Below the pieces are notes generated by a model. That model did no database searches, was not told the origin of the DNA, and saw only the letters and a list, made by a program, of their open reading frames with translations. Positions 46,041 through 54,678 of a DNA stretch of 64,000 nucleotides are shown here, in pieces. The stretch comes from an uncultured Gammaproteobacteria bacterium (lineage in GTDB: Bacteria > Patescibacteriota > Patescibacteriia > UBA9934): the NCBI GenBank assembly GCA_964552565.1, contig CAZKGL010000001.1, positions 25,875 to 89,874 on the forward strand, written 5' to 3'. Both the position numbers and the translations under genes were made by a program. Numbering within the stretch: position 1 is the first letter of the stretch; each line of letters begins with the position of its first letter.

Positions 46041-46967
46041 ATGGGCGCGCCACACACGCACCCCCAACCCGTGGCCTCCGGAGTCCCCGTGCACATCCGT
46101 CCCCCCGTCCTCCCGACCGACCTGGCGACGCGCTACGTCGTCGCCCGTACGCTGGTCGATCTCGGCTACACGCTCGAGGAGATCGCGCTGCTCTTCGACC
46201 GCCCCACGGCGGAGTGGATCGTCACGCAGCACATCGGCAAGCCGACGGTCGAGATCGCGCCGCCGCGCCTCTACACCGTCCGCTTCCTCCGCGCCATCGC
46301 GCTCAGCCCGCAGCGCGGCCTCCACACCGAGGCCGAGCGGTGCCTGCACGAGATCCTCGAGTACGCGCTGTCGCTCGAGTCGATGCCCGCGTTCATCGAG
46401 GGCCAGCGCATGGCGTACGCGTCCAGCGCGTCGGGAGCGGACGGGCTCGACACCCTCCTGACCGCCCTGTTCGGTCCCCGGGATGCCGACGCGGCGCTGC
46501 CGGAGGCCGGGGAGATCTGGGCGGGCTTCTGTGACTCCTTCGTGCAGACCTTCGACGCGGGCGAGGAGCGCGTGCTGCCGCAGCGCGTCGGCGACCTCCA
46601 GCGCCTCGTCAACGGCTACATCGTCGCGGCCTACCCGCAGGCGGTTGATGTGCGGATGACGCCGTCGACGCGCAAGGTGGTCACGAATACGCTTCGCCGC
46701 ACGGTGCGGGATGCCGACGCGTGGACGTGGATCGTCCTGCGCTACGGCACGACCGGCGACACGCCGATGACGGACGGGGCGATCGCGGAGATGGTGGGCG
46801 AGTCCCCGGCGCACGTGCGGCGGATGATCGCCGAGGCGATGACGCAAGTCCGCGATTCCTCGATCGACGTCACGCTCATCTGCCAGCTCACCGGTCGTGA
46901 CGACTACCTCGCGCGCCTCCGGTACGCGCGGTCGTACGCCGACCGCGAGATCACCTACACGACGTAG
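46041..46967 (+). CDS. hypothetical protein with sigma-70 region-4-like HTH (very high GC)
   Basis: LRYGTTGD..MTDGAIAEMVGESPAHVRRMIAEAMTQVR resembles sigma region 4.2; GC3 >90 %. Confidence 0.45.
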   Translation: MGAPHTHPQPVASGVPVHIRPPVLPTDLATRYVVARTLVDLGYTLEEIALLFDRPTAEWIVTQHIGKPTVEIAPPRLYTVRFLRAIALSPQRGLHTEAERCLHEILEYALSLESMPAFIEGQRMAYASSASGADGLDTLLTALFGPRDADAALPEAGEIWAGFCDSFVQTFDAGEERVLPQRVGDLQRLVNGYIVAAYPQAVDVRMTPSTRKVVTNTLRRTVRDADAWTWIVLRYGTTGDTPMTDGAIAEMVGESPAHVRRMIAEAMTQVRDSSIDVTLICQLTGRDDYLARLRYARSYADREITYTT

Positions 46968-46983
46968 CGACGAACGCCGCGCT

Positions 46984-47030
46984 GCCCGACGGTTCCACTC
47001 CGGAGCCGTCGGGCGCAATGTTTTTATTGC
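46984..47030 (+). terminator. terminator GCCCGACGG-loop-CCGTCGGGC + TTTTTATTG
   Basis: 9-bp stem and T-tract. Confidence 0.7.
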
Positions 47031-47065
47031 AGTTTTCCGCCGCTCCCGATACGATGTGCGCCAGT

Positions 47066-49339
47066 ATGTCATACGACCATAAGGCGATAGACAAGAAGTG
47101 GCAGGACCGGTGGGAAGACGCCGGAATTTTCCATGCAAAAGACGGCGACGCGCGTGAAAAATATTACGTCCTCGTCGAATTCCCATACCCGTCCGGCGCC
47201 GGGCTCCACGTCGGTCACCCGCGCAGCTACACTGCGCTTGATATCGTCGCCCGCAAACGGCGCATGGAGGGGAAGAACGTGCTGTTCCCGATGGGGTGGG
47301 ACGCCTTCGGGCTGCCGGCCGAGAACTACGCCATCAAGACGGGTGTCCACCCGGCCATCACGACGAAAGAGAATATCGATACCTTCCGCCGGCAGTTGAA
47401 GGCGCTCGGCTTCAGCTTTGACTGGTCGCGGGAGTTTTCGACGACCGACCCGACGTATTACAAGTGGACGCAATGGATGTTCCTCCAGTTCTTCAAGGCG
47501 GGCCTCGCGTACAAGGCGAACGTGGCCATCAACTGGTGCCCCAAGGACAAGTGCGGCCTTGCAAACGAGGAGGTCGTCGGCGGCGCGTGCGAGCGCTGCG
47601 GCACGCCGGTCGAGAAGCGCGAGAAGGAACAGTGGATGATTGCGATTACGAAATACGCGGACCGACTTATTGACGACTTGAAGACGGTCGACTACTTGCC
47701 GAAGATCGCGAAGCAGCAAGAGGATTGGATCGGCCGCAGCGAAGGTGCGGAGATCGCGTTTGGCGACATGACGGTATTTACGACACGGCCGGACACGATC
47801 GACGGCGTGACGTACGTCGTCCTTGCGCCGGAACATCCGCTCGTCGCGCGCTTCACGACGGACGCGCAGCGCGCAGAGGTCGAGGCGTACGTTGCGGCGG
47901 CAAAGAAGAAGACGGACATCGAGCGCGGCGACGAGACGAAGGCAAAGACCGGCGTGTTCACCGGTTCGAACGTCGTGAACCCGTACAACGGCGAGGAGGT
48001 TCCCGTGTGGGTCGCCGACTACGTGCTCGGCCACTACGGCACGGGCGCGGTGATGGCGGTGCCGCAGCATGACGAGCGCGACCGTGCGTTCGCCGAGACG
48101 TTCGGCTTGCCGATCGTCGACCGGCCGTTGGTTGCGTTCGATGACGCGGTGGCAAGGGCGGGCGGGAAGAAGACCGTGCAGTACAAACTGCGCGACTGGG
48201 TGTTTAGCCGCCAACGCTACTGGGGCGAGCCGATTCCGCTTGTTGATTGTGGCACATGCGGATGGGTCGCCGTACCGGACGACCAGCTCCCGGTCGAACT
48301 GCCGAAAGTCGAGAAGTACGAGCCGACGGATACCGGTGAGTCGCCGCTTGCGGCCATTCCGGAGTTCGTCAACACGACGTGCCCTTCATGCGGCGGAAAG
48401 GCGTTGCGCGAAACCGACACCATGCCGAACTGGGCAGGGTCGTCGTGGTATTTCCTGCGCTACATCGACCCGAAGAATGATGCTGAATTCGCCTCAGCCG
48501 AAAAGCTCGAATACTGGATGCCGGTCGACCTCTACAACGGCGGCATGGAGCACACCACGCTGCACCTCTTGTACTCGCGCTTCTGGAACAAGTTCTTGTT
48601 CGACCAGGGCCTGGTGCCGACGTCGGAGCCGTATGCACGCCGCCACAGCCACGGTCTCATTCTCGCCGAGGACGGCCGCAAGATGTCGAAGTCGTGGGGG
48701 AACGTCGTCAATCCGGATGATGTCGTCAACGAACACGGCGCCGACACGCTCCGGGTGTACGAAGTGTTCATGGGTCCGTTCGAAGAGCCGGTGCCGTGGT
48801 CGACGAATGGCGTCATCGGCGTACGCCGCTTTTTGGACCGCGTGATGCGCATGGCCGAGATGGTCAGTGACACGGAAGATGCGGCGGTGACGAAGGCGCT
48901 CCATAAGACGATCAAGAAAGTAACGGACGACATCGAGGGTTTCCGTTTCAACACGGCGGTCGCCGCGCTCATGAGTTTCGTCAACGAGGTGTACGGCAAG
49001 GGCGCGATCGCGGAAGCATCGTTCGCGACGTTCCTGCGCATGCTTGTCCCGTTTGCGCCGCATGTGGCGAACGAGCTTTGGGAAAAGATCGGACGCGAGG
49101 GATTTGCGGAAGCGGCGGAGTGGCCGGCTGCAGACGAGGCGCTCGCAAAGGACGACGAGGTGACGGTCGCGGTGCAGGTGAACGGGAAGCTGCGCGGCTC
49201 GGTCGTCGTGCCGGCGGAGATTGCCGAAGACGAGCTTGTCGCACGCGCAAAGGCCGACCCGAACGTCGCCAAACACCTCGCGGGCGAACCGAAAAAGACG
49301 ATTGTCGTGAAGGGAAAGATCGTGAACTTCGTGGTGTAG
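47066..49339 (+). CDS. leuS: leucine--tRNA ligase
   Basis: MSYDHKAIDKKWQ start, HVGHP (HIGH) and KMSKS motifs. Confidence 0.95.
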   Translation: MSYDHKAIDKKWQDRWEDAGIFHAKDGDAREKYYVLVEFPYPSGAGLHVGHPRSYTALDIVARKRRMEGKNVLFPMGWDAFGLPAENYAIKTGVHPAITTKENIDTFRRQLKALGFSFDWSREFSTTDPTYYKWTQWMFLQFFKAGLAYKANVAINWCPKDKCGLANEEVVGGACERCGTPVEKREKEQWMIAITKYADRLIDDLKTVDYLPKIAKQQEDWIGRSEGAEIAFGDMTVFTTRPDTIDGVTYVVLAPEHPLVARFTTDAQRAEVEAYVAAAKKKTDIERGDETKAKTGVFTGSNVVNPYNGEEVPVWVADYVLGHYGTGAVMAVPQHDERDRAFAETFGLPIVDRPLVAFDDAVARAGGKKTVQYKLRDWVFSRQRYWGEPIPLVDCGTCGWVAVPDDQLPVELPKVEKYEPTDTGESPLAAIPEFVNTTCPSCGGKALRETDTMPNWAGSSWYFLRYIDPKNDAEFASAEKLEYWMPVDLYNGGMEHTTLHLLYSRFWNKFLFDQGLVPTSEPYARRHSHGLILAEDGRKMSKSWGNVVNPDDVVNEHGADTLRVYEVFMGPFEEPVPWSTNGVIGVRRFLDRVMRMAEMVSDTEDAAVTKALHKTIKKVTDDIEGFRFNTAVAALMSFVNEVYGKGAIAEASFATFLRMLVPFAPHVANELWEKIGREGFAEAAEWPAADEALAKDDEVTVAVQVNGKLRGSVVVPAEIAEDELVARAKADPNVAKHLAGEPKKTIVVKGKIVNFVV

Positions 49340-49348
49340 AATGGGGGC

Positions 49349-50659
49349 ATGCTCGCCCGTACGCCGTCCAATGTCCTTTCCGCCATCCTCCTGTTTGGTA
49401 TTGCCATGGCCCCGGTGCGGGCGATGTTCATGGTGCCTGCGGCGGATTCGGTGGCGCACATATCGGGCGAATATCGGGTCGCGGGCGACGTGGTCGACGT
49501 GAATCCTGGCGAATCGACCGCGGGGCTGACGCTCGCGAACGTGACGGTGGATGACCTTGCGAAATCCGACCGCGTCCTCGTCACCGCGCCGCGGTATCCC
49601 GCGTCCCGGATCGGCGATCGCGTCAGCGTCGTCTGCACGCTCGAGCGGCCGGCGCCGTTTGACGGTTTTGCGTACGACACCTATCTCGCCATCCGCGACA
49701 TCCATGCCGTCTGCCGCGTGCAGGACGCGCCGCTCGTCGTCGGCGCTGCAACGCCGACCTTGCTCCTCGAGCTTGTGAAACTCCGCGCGCATCTTATGGA
49801 CCGTGTCGGACGCGTGTTGCCGGAGCCGCAGGCGACGCTCTTGTCCGGTTTGCTGCTTGGCCGCGCGGATTTTTCGAGCGAATGGCGCGACCGGTTCCTT
49901 GCAACCGGCACGACGCACATCGTCGCCGCGAGCGGCTTCAACGTTTCCCTCGTCGTCATGACGCTGTTTGGCGCGCTCACGTGGGTCGGCATCCGTCGTC
50001 AACGCGCGTTTGGCATCCTCGTCGGCGGCATCGCGCTCTACGCGGTGCTCGCAGGCCTCGAGCCCGCTGTGGTCCGCGCCGGCGTCATGGCAGCGCTCGT
50101 GCTCGCCGCGCACCATGTCGGCCGCAAGACGTCGATGCGCAACATCGTCCTCCTTGCGGTCGCGGCCATGCTCGCATTCGAGCCGCGGCTCCTGTTGCAC
50201 GACGTCGGCTTCCAACTCTCGGTCATCTCCACCGTCGCGCTCATTTGGTTTGCGCCGCTGCTTGCCGAGCGGCTGCGGTGGGTCCCGTCCGACCTCGAAC
50301 TTCGCGACATCCTCGCAAGCACGCTTGCGGCGACGTGCGCGACGCTTCCCATCGTCATCCTCTCCTTCGGCCAAGTTTCGTTTCTCGGTCCCATCGTCAA
50401 TCTCCTCGTGTTGCCGCTCGTACCGCCGGCGATGACGTTCGGCGCGCTCGGACTCCTTGGGTCCATTCACGGACCGACCGGACCATTATTGGCCCTCCCG
50501 GCATGGACGCTGCTTTCCGCCGTCCTTTGGATCATCACGTCCGTCGGCAGCCTCCCGTTTTCCGCAGTCGCGATCCCCGATACGCTCCGATACGTCCTTG
50601 CCGCGTTCACCGGCGTTCCTGTCCTCTTCGTATGTCATCGCGTGACAAAAAAGCGATAG
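49349..50659 (+). CDS. comEC: ComEC/Rec2 DNA internalisation channel (membrane competence domain)
   Basis: FLATGTTHIVAASGFNVS competence-domain motif, many TM helices. Confidence 0.8.
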   Translation: MLARTPSNVLSAILLFGIAMAPVRAMFMVPAADSVAHISGEYRVAGDVVDVNPGESTAGLTLANVTVDDLAKSDRVLVTAPRYPASRIGDRVSVVCTLERPAPFDGFAYDTYLAIRDIHAVCRVQDAPLVVGAATPTLLLELVKLRAHLMDRVGRVLPEPQATLLSGLLLGRADFSSEWRDRFLATGTTHIVAASGFNVSLVVMTLFGALTWVGIRRQRAFGILVGGIALYAVLAGLEPAVVRAGVMAALVLAAHHVGRKTSMRNIVLLAVAAMLAFEPRLLLHDVGFQLSVISTVALIWFAPLLAERLRWVPSDLELRDILASTLAATCATLPIVILSFGQVSFLGPIVNLLVLPLVPPAMTFGALGLLGSIHGPTGPLLALPAWTLLSAVLWIITSVGSLPFSAVAIPDTLRYVLAAFTGVPVLFVCHRVTKKR

Positions 50660-51483
50660 CGCTCGTCCTGCTGACCGCGGCGTTCCTCGTTGCGCAGGCG
50701 GTGTACGCGGCGACGTGGTTTGACGACGACCGCCTCGCGGTCTGGGTGTTTGACGTGGGGCAGGGGGACGCGATCTTCATCGACGCGCCGGACATGCAGG
50801 TGCTCATTGACGGCGGGCCGAGCGACGCCGTGCTCGAGAAACTGTCGTCCGTACTGCCGCCGTGGGACCGCAGCATCGACCTCGTCGTCGCCACGCACCC
50901 GCACGCGGACCACATCCTCGGACTCGATGCCGTGCTTGGACGCTACGCGGTCGGTGCACTGGTCGACACGGGGACACCCTACGACACCGCGGCGGCGGAA
51001 GGGTTCGAGCGACTCGGCGGTGCGGCAGCGACCGTGGCGCAGGCCGGCATGTCGTGGGAGCTTGGCAACGGCGCAACGCTCGAGGTCGTGTGGCCGGAGG
51101 TGCCGGTGACGGACGCGGTCGATAACGTGCACGATGGCAATGTCGTGCTCTTGCTGACCTACGGCGAGACGACGATGCTTCTCACGGGCGATGCGGAGAC
51201 GGAACATGAAGAGGCGTTCGCGCTCGATCTGCCGCATATCGACGTACTGAAGGTGGGGCATCATGGCAGCGACACCTCGACCGGCATGACGCTCGTGAAC
51301 CTCACGTCGCCGGACTACGCCATCATTTCGGTTGGCGCAGAGAACGATTACGGACACCCAAGCCCGCTCGTCGTTGACCGGCTCGCGCGCTCCGGCGCCG
51401 CCGTCCTCCGTACCGACCTGGACGGTGATATCCGCGTTCTCACCGAGGGTGATGAACCGCACGTGACGACGTTTCCCGAGTAG
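50632..51483 (+). CDS. comEC: ComEC C-terminal MBL-fold (beta-lactamase-like) domain encoded as separate overlapping ORF
   Basis: VATHPHADH and KVGHHGSD metal-binding motifs; overlaps upstream ORF by 28 nt across an A6 run. Confidence 0.75.
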   Translation: MSSRDKKAIALVLLTAAFLVAQAVYAATWFDDDRLAVWVFDVGQGDAIFIDAPDMQVLIDGGPSDAVLEKLSSVLPPWDRSIDLVVATHPHADHILGLDAVLGRYAVGALVDTGTPYDTAAAEGFERLGGAAATVAQAGMSWELGNGATLEVVWPEVPVTDAVDNVHDGNVVLLLTYGETTMLLTGDAETEHEEAFALDLPHIDVLKVGHHGSDTSTGMTLVNLTSPDYAIISVGAENDYGHPSPLVVDRLARSGAAVLRTDLDGDIRVLTEGDEPHVTTFPE

Positions 51484-51538
51484 CTTTACAGCCGGGGTCG
51501 CCTTGGATATGGTGGTGTCGCAACCCAGGAGTTTTCCC

Positions 51539-51682
51539 ATGTTCTTGCGTTTCCGCCAGGCACTGCGCTTCGAGTGCGACTACCTCCTCCACCGAGCGGA
51601 GCCCGACGAGATCATGCTCGTCCTCGGGCTCCTCGCGTGCCTCGTGGGGGTGATCGTCACCCCGGGCATGCTCGCGGTCTAG
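51539..51682 (+). CDS. micro-ORF (47 aa) with LLAC lipobox-like motif
   Basis: AGGAG SD 8 nt upstream, GC3 high; not in ORF track (<60 aa). Confidence 0.3.
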   Translation: MFLRFRQALRFECDYLLHRAEPDEIMLVLGLLACLVGVIVTPGMLAV

Positions 51683-51690
51683 GAGGCGAC

Positions 51691-51801
51691 ATGAGCTGGT
51701 TGAAGCCCCTTCTCGCCCTCCTCGCGGCTGCGTTCCTCGGCGTCGCGATCGTCAGCTGTCCGACGGACGAACCGTCCGAGGACGGCGAGGACGACGGATA
51801 G
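51691..51801 (+). CDS. small lipoprotein (36 aa, IVSC lipobox, acidic tail)
   Basis: AGGAGG SD 5 nt upstream of ATG. Confidence 0.35.
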   Translation: MSWLKPLLALLAAAFLGVAIVSCPTDEPSEDGEDDG

Positions 51802-51809
51802 CCGATTGC

Positions 51810-51849
51810 TCGAGGCCGGTGCGTTCGCGCGCCGGCCTCTTCGTGTCTC
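51810..51849 (+). terminator. terminator GAGGCCGG-loop-CCGGCCTC + TTCGTGTCTC
   Basis: 8-bp stem. Confidence 0.55.
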
Positions 51850-51914
51850 AGGCCAGACCTTGGGATAGGCCAGACCTTGGGATAGGCTAGGCCTTGGGAT
51901 AGGCTTGGTATACC
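51850..51914 (+). repeat. tandem 17-bp direct repeats AGGCCAGACCTTGGGAT x2, AGGCTAGGCCTTGGGAT, partial AGGCTTGGTATACC
   Basis: direct reading; ends in -10-like TATACC 23 nt upstream of ATG. Confidence 0.85.
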
Positions 51915-51936
51915 ATCATGCACGGAACGACATGCT

Positions 51937-52545
51937 ATGCGCATCATGCTGGCCACGAACAACCCGTCGAAAGTCGCCCGCGTCAGGAAGCAACTCGCGG
52001 GGAAGCCGGTGGAGATCGTGACGCCGCGCGATGTCGGCATCGACCCGGTGGAGATCGGCGAAGGAAGCGATATCGTCGCGAACGCGGTCGCGAAGGCGAA
52101 GGCCTACCTCGGCGCCGTCGATATGCCGGTCGTCGGGCTCGACTCGTCGTTTACCATCGAAGGCGAGCCGCTCGACCCGGCAAAGGTGCGCCGCAACGCG
52201 CTCGGCGACCGCGACGAGTCGACGATGACGCAAGAAGAAATCGGAAAGATGATGGTGGAGTTTTACCAGGGCGTCGCGCGGCGTCACGGCGGGGAGGCGA
52301 AGGGGCAGTGGGCCGATGCCTTCGCGCTCGTTATGCCGGATGGCACAGTGACGACGGAACTGGGCGTGCGTCCCGTCATCCTCACCGATATCCCGACCGG
52401 ACCGGTCGATTGGCACTTTCCGCTGCGCGCCTTGTACAAAACGGTCGTCGCGACCGGCAGGCATCCGTCGCAGCAGACCGCGGAGGAAGAGTGGCTCGAG
52501 CTCGCGCCGTATCGGGAGGCGTTGGAACGCCTGCTTGGGCTCTAA
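51937..52545 (+). CDS. non-canonical purine NTP pyrophosphatase (RdgB/Ham1 family)
   Basis: MRIMLATNNPSKVAR and GLDSSF..EGEP motifs. Confidence 0.7.
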   Translation: MRIMLATNNPSKVARVRKQLAGKPVEIVTPRDVGIDPVEIGEGSDIVANAVAKAKAYLGAVDMPVVGLDSSFTIEGEPLDPAKVRRNALGDRDESTMTQEEIGKMMVEFYQGVARRHGGEAKGQWADAFALVMPDGTVTTELGVRPVILTDIPTGPVDWHFPLRALYKTVVATGRHPSQQTAEEEWLELAPYREALERLLGL

Positions 52546-52554
52546 GTGCTTGCA

Positions 52555-52583
52555 TTGACATTTTCTCCGGGTGTGGATATCCT
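52555..52583 (+). promoter_or_regulatory. promoter TTGACA-17-TATCCT for ndk
   Basis: canonical hexamers. Confidence 0.6.
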
Positions 52584-52607
52584 CTGCGCAAATCTTAGGG
52601 ATTTTTT

Positions 52608-53072
52608 ATGGGAGCAGACGTCCAGCGCACATTGGTGCTCATTAAACCCGACGGCATCCAGCGGGAACTCATCGGCGAGGTCGTCACGCGCTTCGAGCGC
52701 AAGGGCCTCAAGATCGTCGGCATGAAGTTGTCGCACCTTTCGGAAGAGCTCCTCGGCGAGCACTACGGCCACCACAAGGACAAGCCGTTTTTCCCGGGTC
52801 TCGTCGCGTTTATGCGCGAAACGCCGGTCGTCGCAATGGTTGTCGAAGGCCTCGGCGTCATCGATGAAGTCCGCAAGATCGTGGGCGCGACGAACCCGCT
52901 GAACGCGGACGCCGGCACCATCCGCGCCGACCTCTCGATGTCGATGGCGGGCAACATCGTCCACGCCTCGGACAGTCTCGAAACCGCCGCGGTCGAGATC
53001 AAGCGCTTCTTCAAAGACGACGAAGTCTTCGGCTACGAGAAGCTCACCGACCGCTACCATTTCGGAAAATAA
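52608..53072 (+). CDS. ndk: nucleoside diphosphate kinase
   Basis: NIVHASDS active-site His motif. Confidence 0.95.
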   Translation: MGADVQRTLVLIKPDGIQRELIGEVVTRFERKGLKIVGMKLSHLSEELLGEHYGHHKDKPFFPGLVAFMRETPVVAMVVEGLGVIDEVRKIVGATNPLNADAGTIRADLSMSMAGNIVHASDSLETAAVEIKRFFKDDEVFGYEKLTDRYHFGK

Positions 53073-53110
53073 CCTTGCACCCAGGCTCCAGAAGAGTATG
53101 CTCGCAGCAT

Positions 53111-54403
53111 ATGCGCATACTCTTTCTGTTTGCGCTCGGCCTCGTGTTCGCGCTTCCCGCAGCGGCACGCGCCGAGACGCAATCATGGCCGGCATCGTCC
53201 GGCACGACGATTTCGGGCGGGTTGACTGCGACCGCGACGCCGAGCGGGAACGCGTTCGAACCGAGCGACGCGACGATCGTTGATGGCGCGCTGCTCGTCG
53301 TGTCCGACGAAGGCGACGTTGCGACGATGGGACTCGACGGCAGCGACGTCGAGATGTGGCTCACGTGGGCGAACAACGATCAGGAGGGCGTGACGGTCGT
53401 CGGCGACACGCTGTACGTTTTGAACGAACGCGAACGCGACGTCTTCGCGTACGACCTTGCGACGCACGCGCTGCTGCGCACCTACGACCTCTCGCCGTGG
53501 ATTTCCGGATGGGACAACGAAGGTCCGGAGGGCATGACGTATCACAACGGCCAGTGGCTCGTCGGCCATTCCTTGACGGAAGAGGTGTACGCATTTGACC
53601 TGTCGGGCGACGCGCCGTCGTTCCTCGGGAGCTGGAACAGCGGTCTTCACGTGCGCGCGCTCCACAGCGGCGCCGACGGCAAGCTGTATGTGATGAGCAG
53701 CGGTCGTGTGGCGGTATTCGATGCCGACGGTGGAATGGTCGACTACGCGCTGCCTGCGAACGCAACCGGTCCGGAGGGTTTTGCGCTCGCAATGGACTGT
53801 GCGGCGGGAACGGCGGTCGCGATCATCGCGTATGACTCCGGACCGATTTACCGTTACGAAAACTTCCCGGTGTCCTGTCCGGCGACCGCGCCGGAACCGG
53901 AGCCGACGCCGGAGCCTGAACCGGAACCCGCGCCGATCGATGCGGACGGCGATGGCGTGATTGTTGATGACGACTGCAACGACGCCGACGCGACGGTTGC
54001 TTCGCTGCAGACGTACTACCGCGATGCAGACGGCGATACGCTCGGGGACGCGTCGGACACGACGAGCGTCTGCGCGTCGAGTGCACCGAGCGGTTACGTC
54101 ACGAACATGAACGACACGGACGACACGCGTGCGTACTTCACGGCCGTCGGCGCGACGAACGGCTCCATCGTTGTCACGTACGGCGACGGCTCTTCAAAGA
54201 CCTACCAGGTGTATGTCATGACCACGACGCAGCCGACGACGGCGTACCAATATAAGGATTCGTCCTATCTCGTTGTTGTCGCGCCGTTTGGCAAGCGTGT
54301 GGCGGTTGTCGACGCGTACACGGGCGAGGTGGTCGCCATGCGATGGATGCCGAAAAAGGCCTCCGTGTTGGCGTCTTGGCTCGCAGCGGTTGTCGGTTAC
54401 TAG
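53111..54403 (+). CDS. secreted cell-surface protein: beta-propeller-like domain, Pro/Glu linker, D-rich metal-binding motif (DADGDGVIVDDDCND), C-terminal TM anchor
   Basis: signal peptide MRILFLFALGLVFALPAAARA; PEPEPTPEPEPEP linker. Confidence 0.55.
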   Translation: MRILFLFALGLVFALPAAARAETQSWPASSGTTISGGLTATATPSGNAFEPSDATIVDGALLVVSDEGDVATMGLDGSDVEMWLTWANNDQEGVTVVGDTLYVLNERERDVFAYDLATHALLRTYDLSPWISGWDNEGPEGMTYHNGQWLVGHSLTEEVYAFDLSGDAPSFLGSWNSGLHVRALHSGADGKLYVMSSGRVAVFDADGGMVDYALPANATGPEGFALAMDCAAGTAVAIIAYDSGPIYRYENFPVSCPATAPEPEPTPEPEPEPAPIDADGDGVIVDDDCNDADATVASLQTYYRDADGDTLGDASDTTSVCASSAPSGYVTNMNDTDDTRAYFTAVGATNGSIVVTYGDGSSKTYQVYVMTTTQPTTAYQYKDSSYLVVVAPFGKRVAVVDAYTGEVVAMRWMPKKASVLASWLAAVVGY

Positions 54404-54431
54404 GATGTGGTATAGTCACTCTGTCCCCAGG

Positions 54432-54501
54432 CATTCGTGATTTGCCTAATCATTTCGTGAAAGAGTCCCCTCGGCAACGAGGCTTCGTGAATTGCCACGA
54501 A
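54432..54501 (+). promoter_or_regulatory. three TTCGTGA(W)TTGCC-like motifs incl. palindrome TTCGTGAATTGCCACGAA in murA leader
   Basis: direct reading. Confidence 0.45.
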
Positions 54502-54626
54502 CCTACAGATCCCGGGCGTTCCGCCCCAGGATGAAGGACCCAGCCCACGTAAATCCCGTTTCGGCGGGATCACGTGGCACATGGCTTTTCAGGCCATATT
54601 CACGTCTTCGCTTCGGGGACATCCGC

Positions 54627-54659
54627 GAAACGGCCGGGCATGGCCGTTTTTCGGTTTTT
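54627..54659 (+). terminator. terminator-like hairpin GAAACGGCC-GGGCAT-GGCCGTTTTT + CGGTTTTT 20 nt upstream of murA ATG (candidate attenuator)
   Basis: 8-bp stem with double T-tract. Confidence 0.5.
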
Positions 54660-54678
54660 CCGTTATCGTGTGCTTGCT

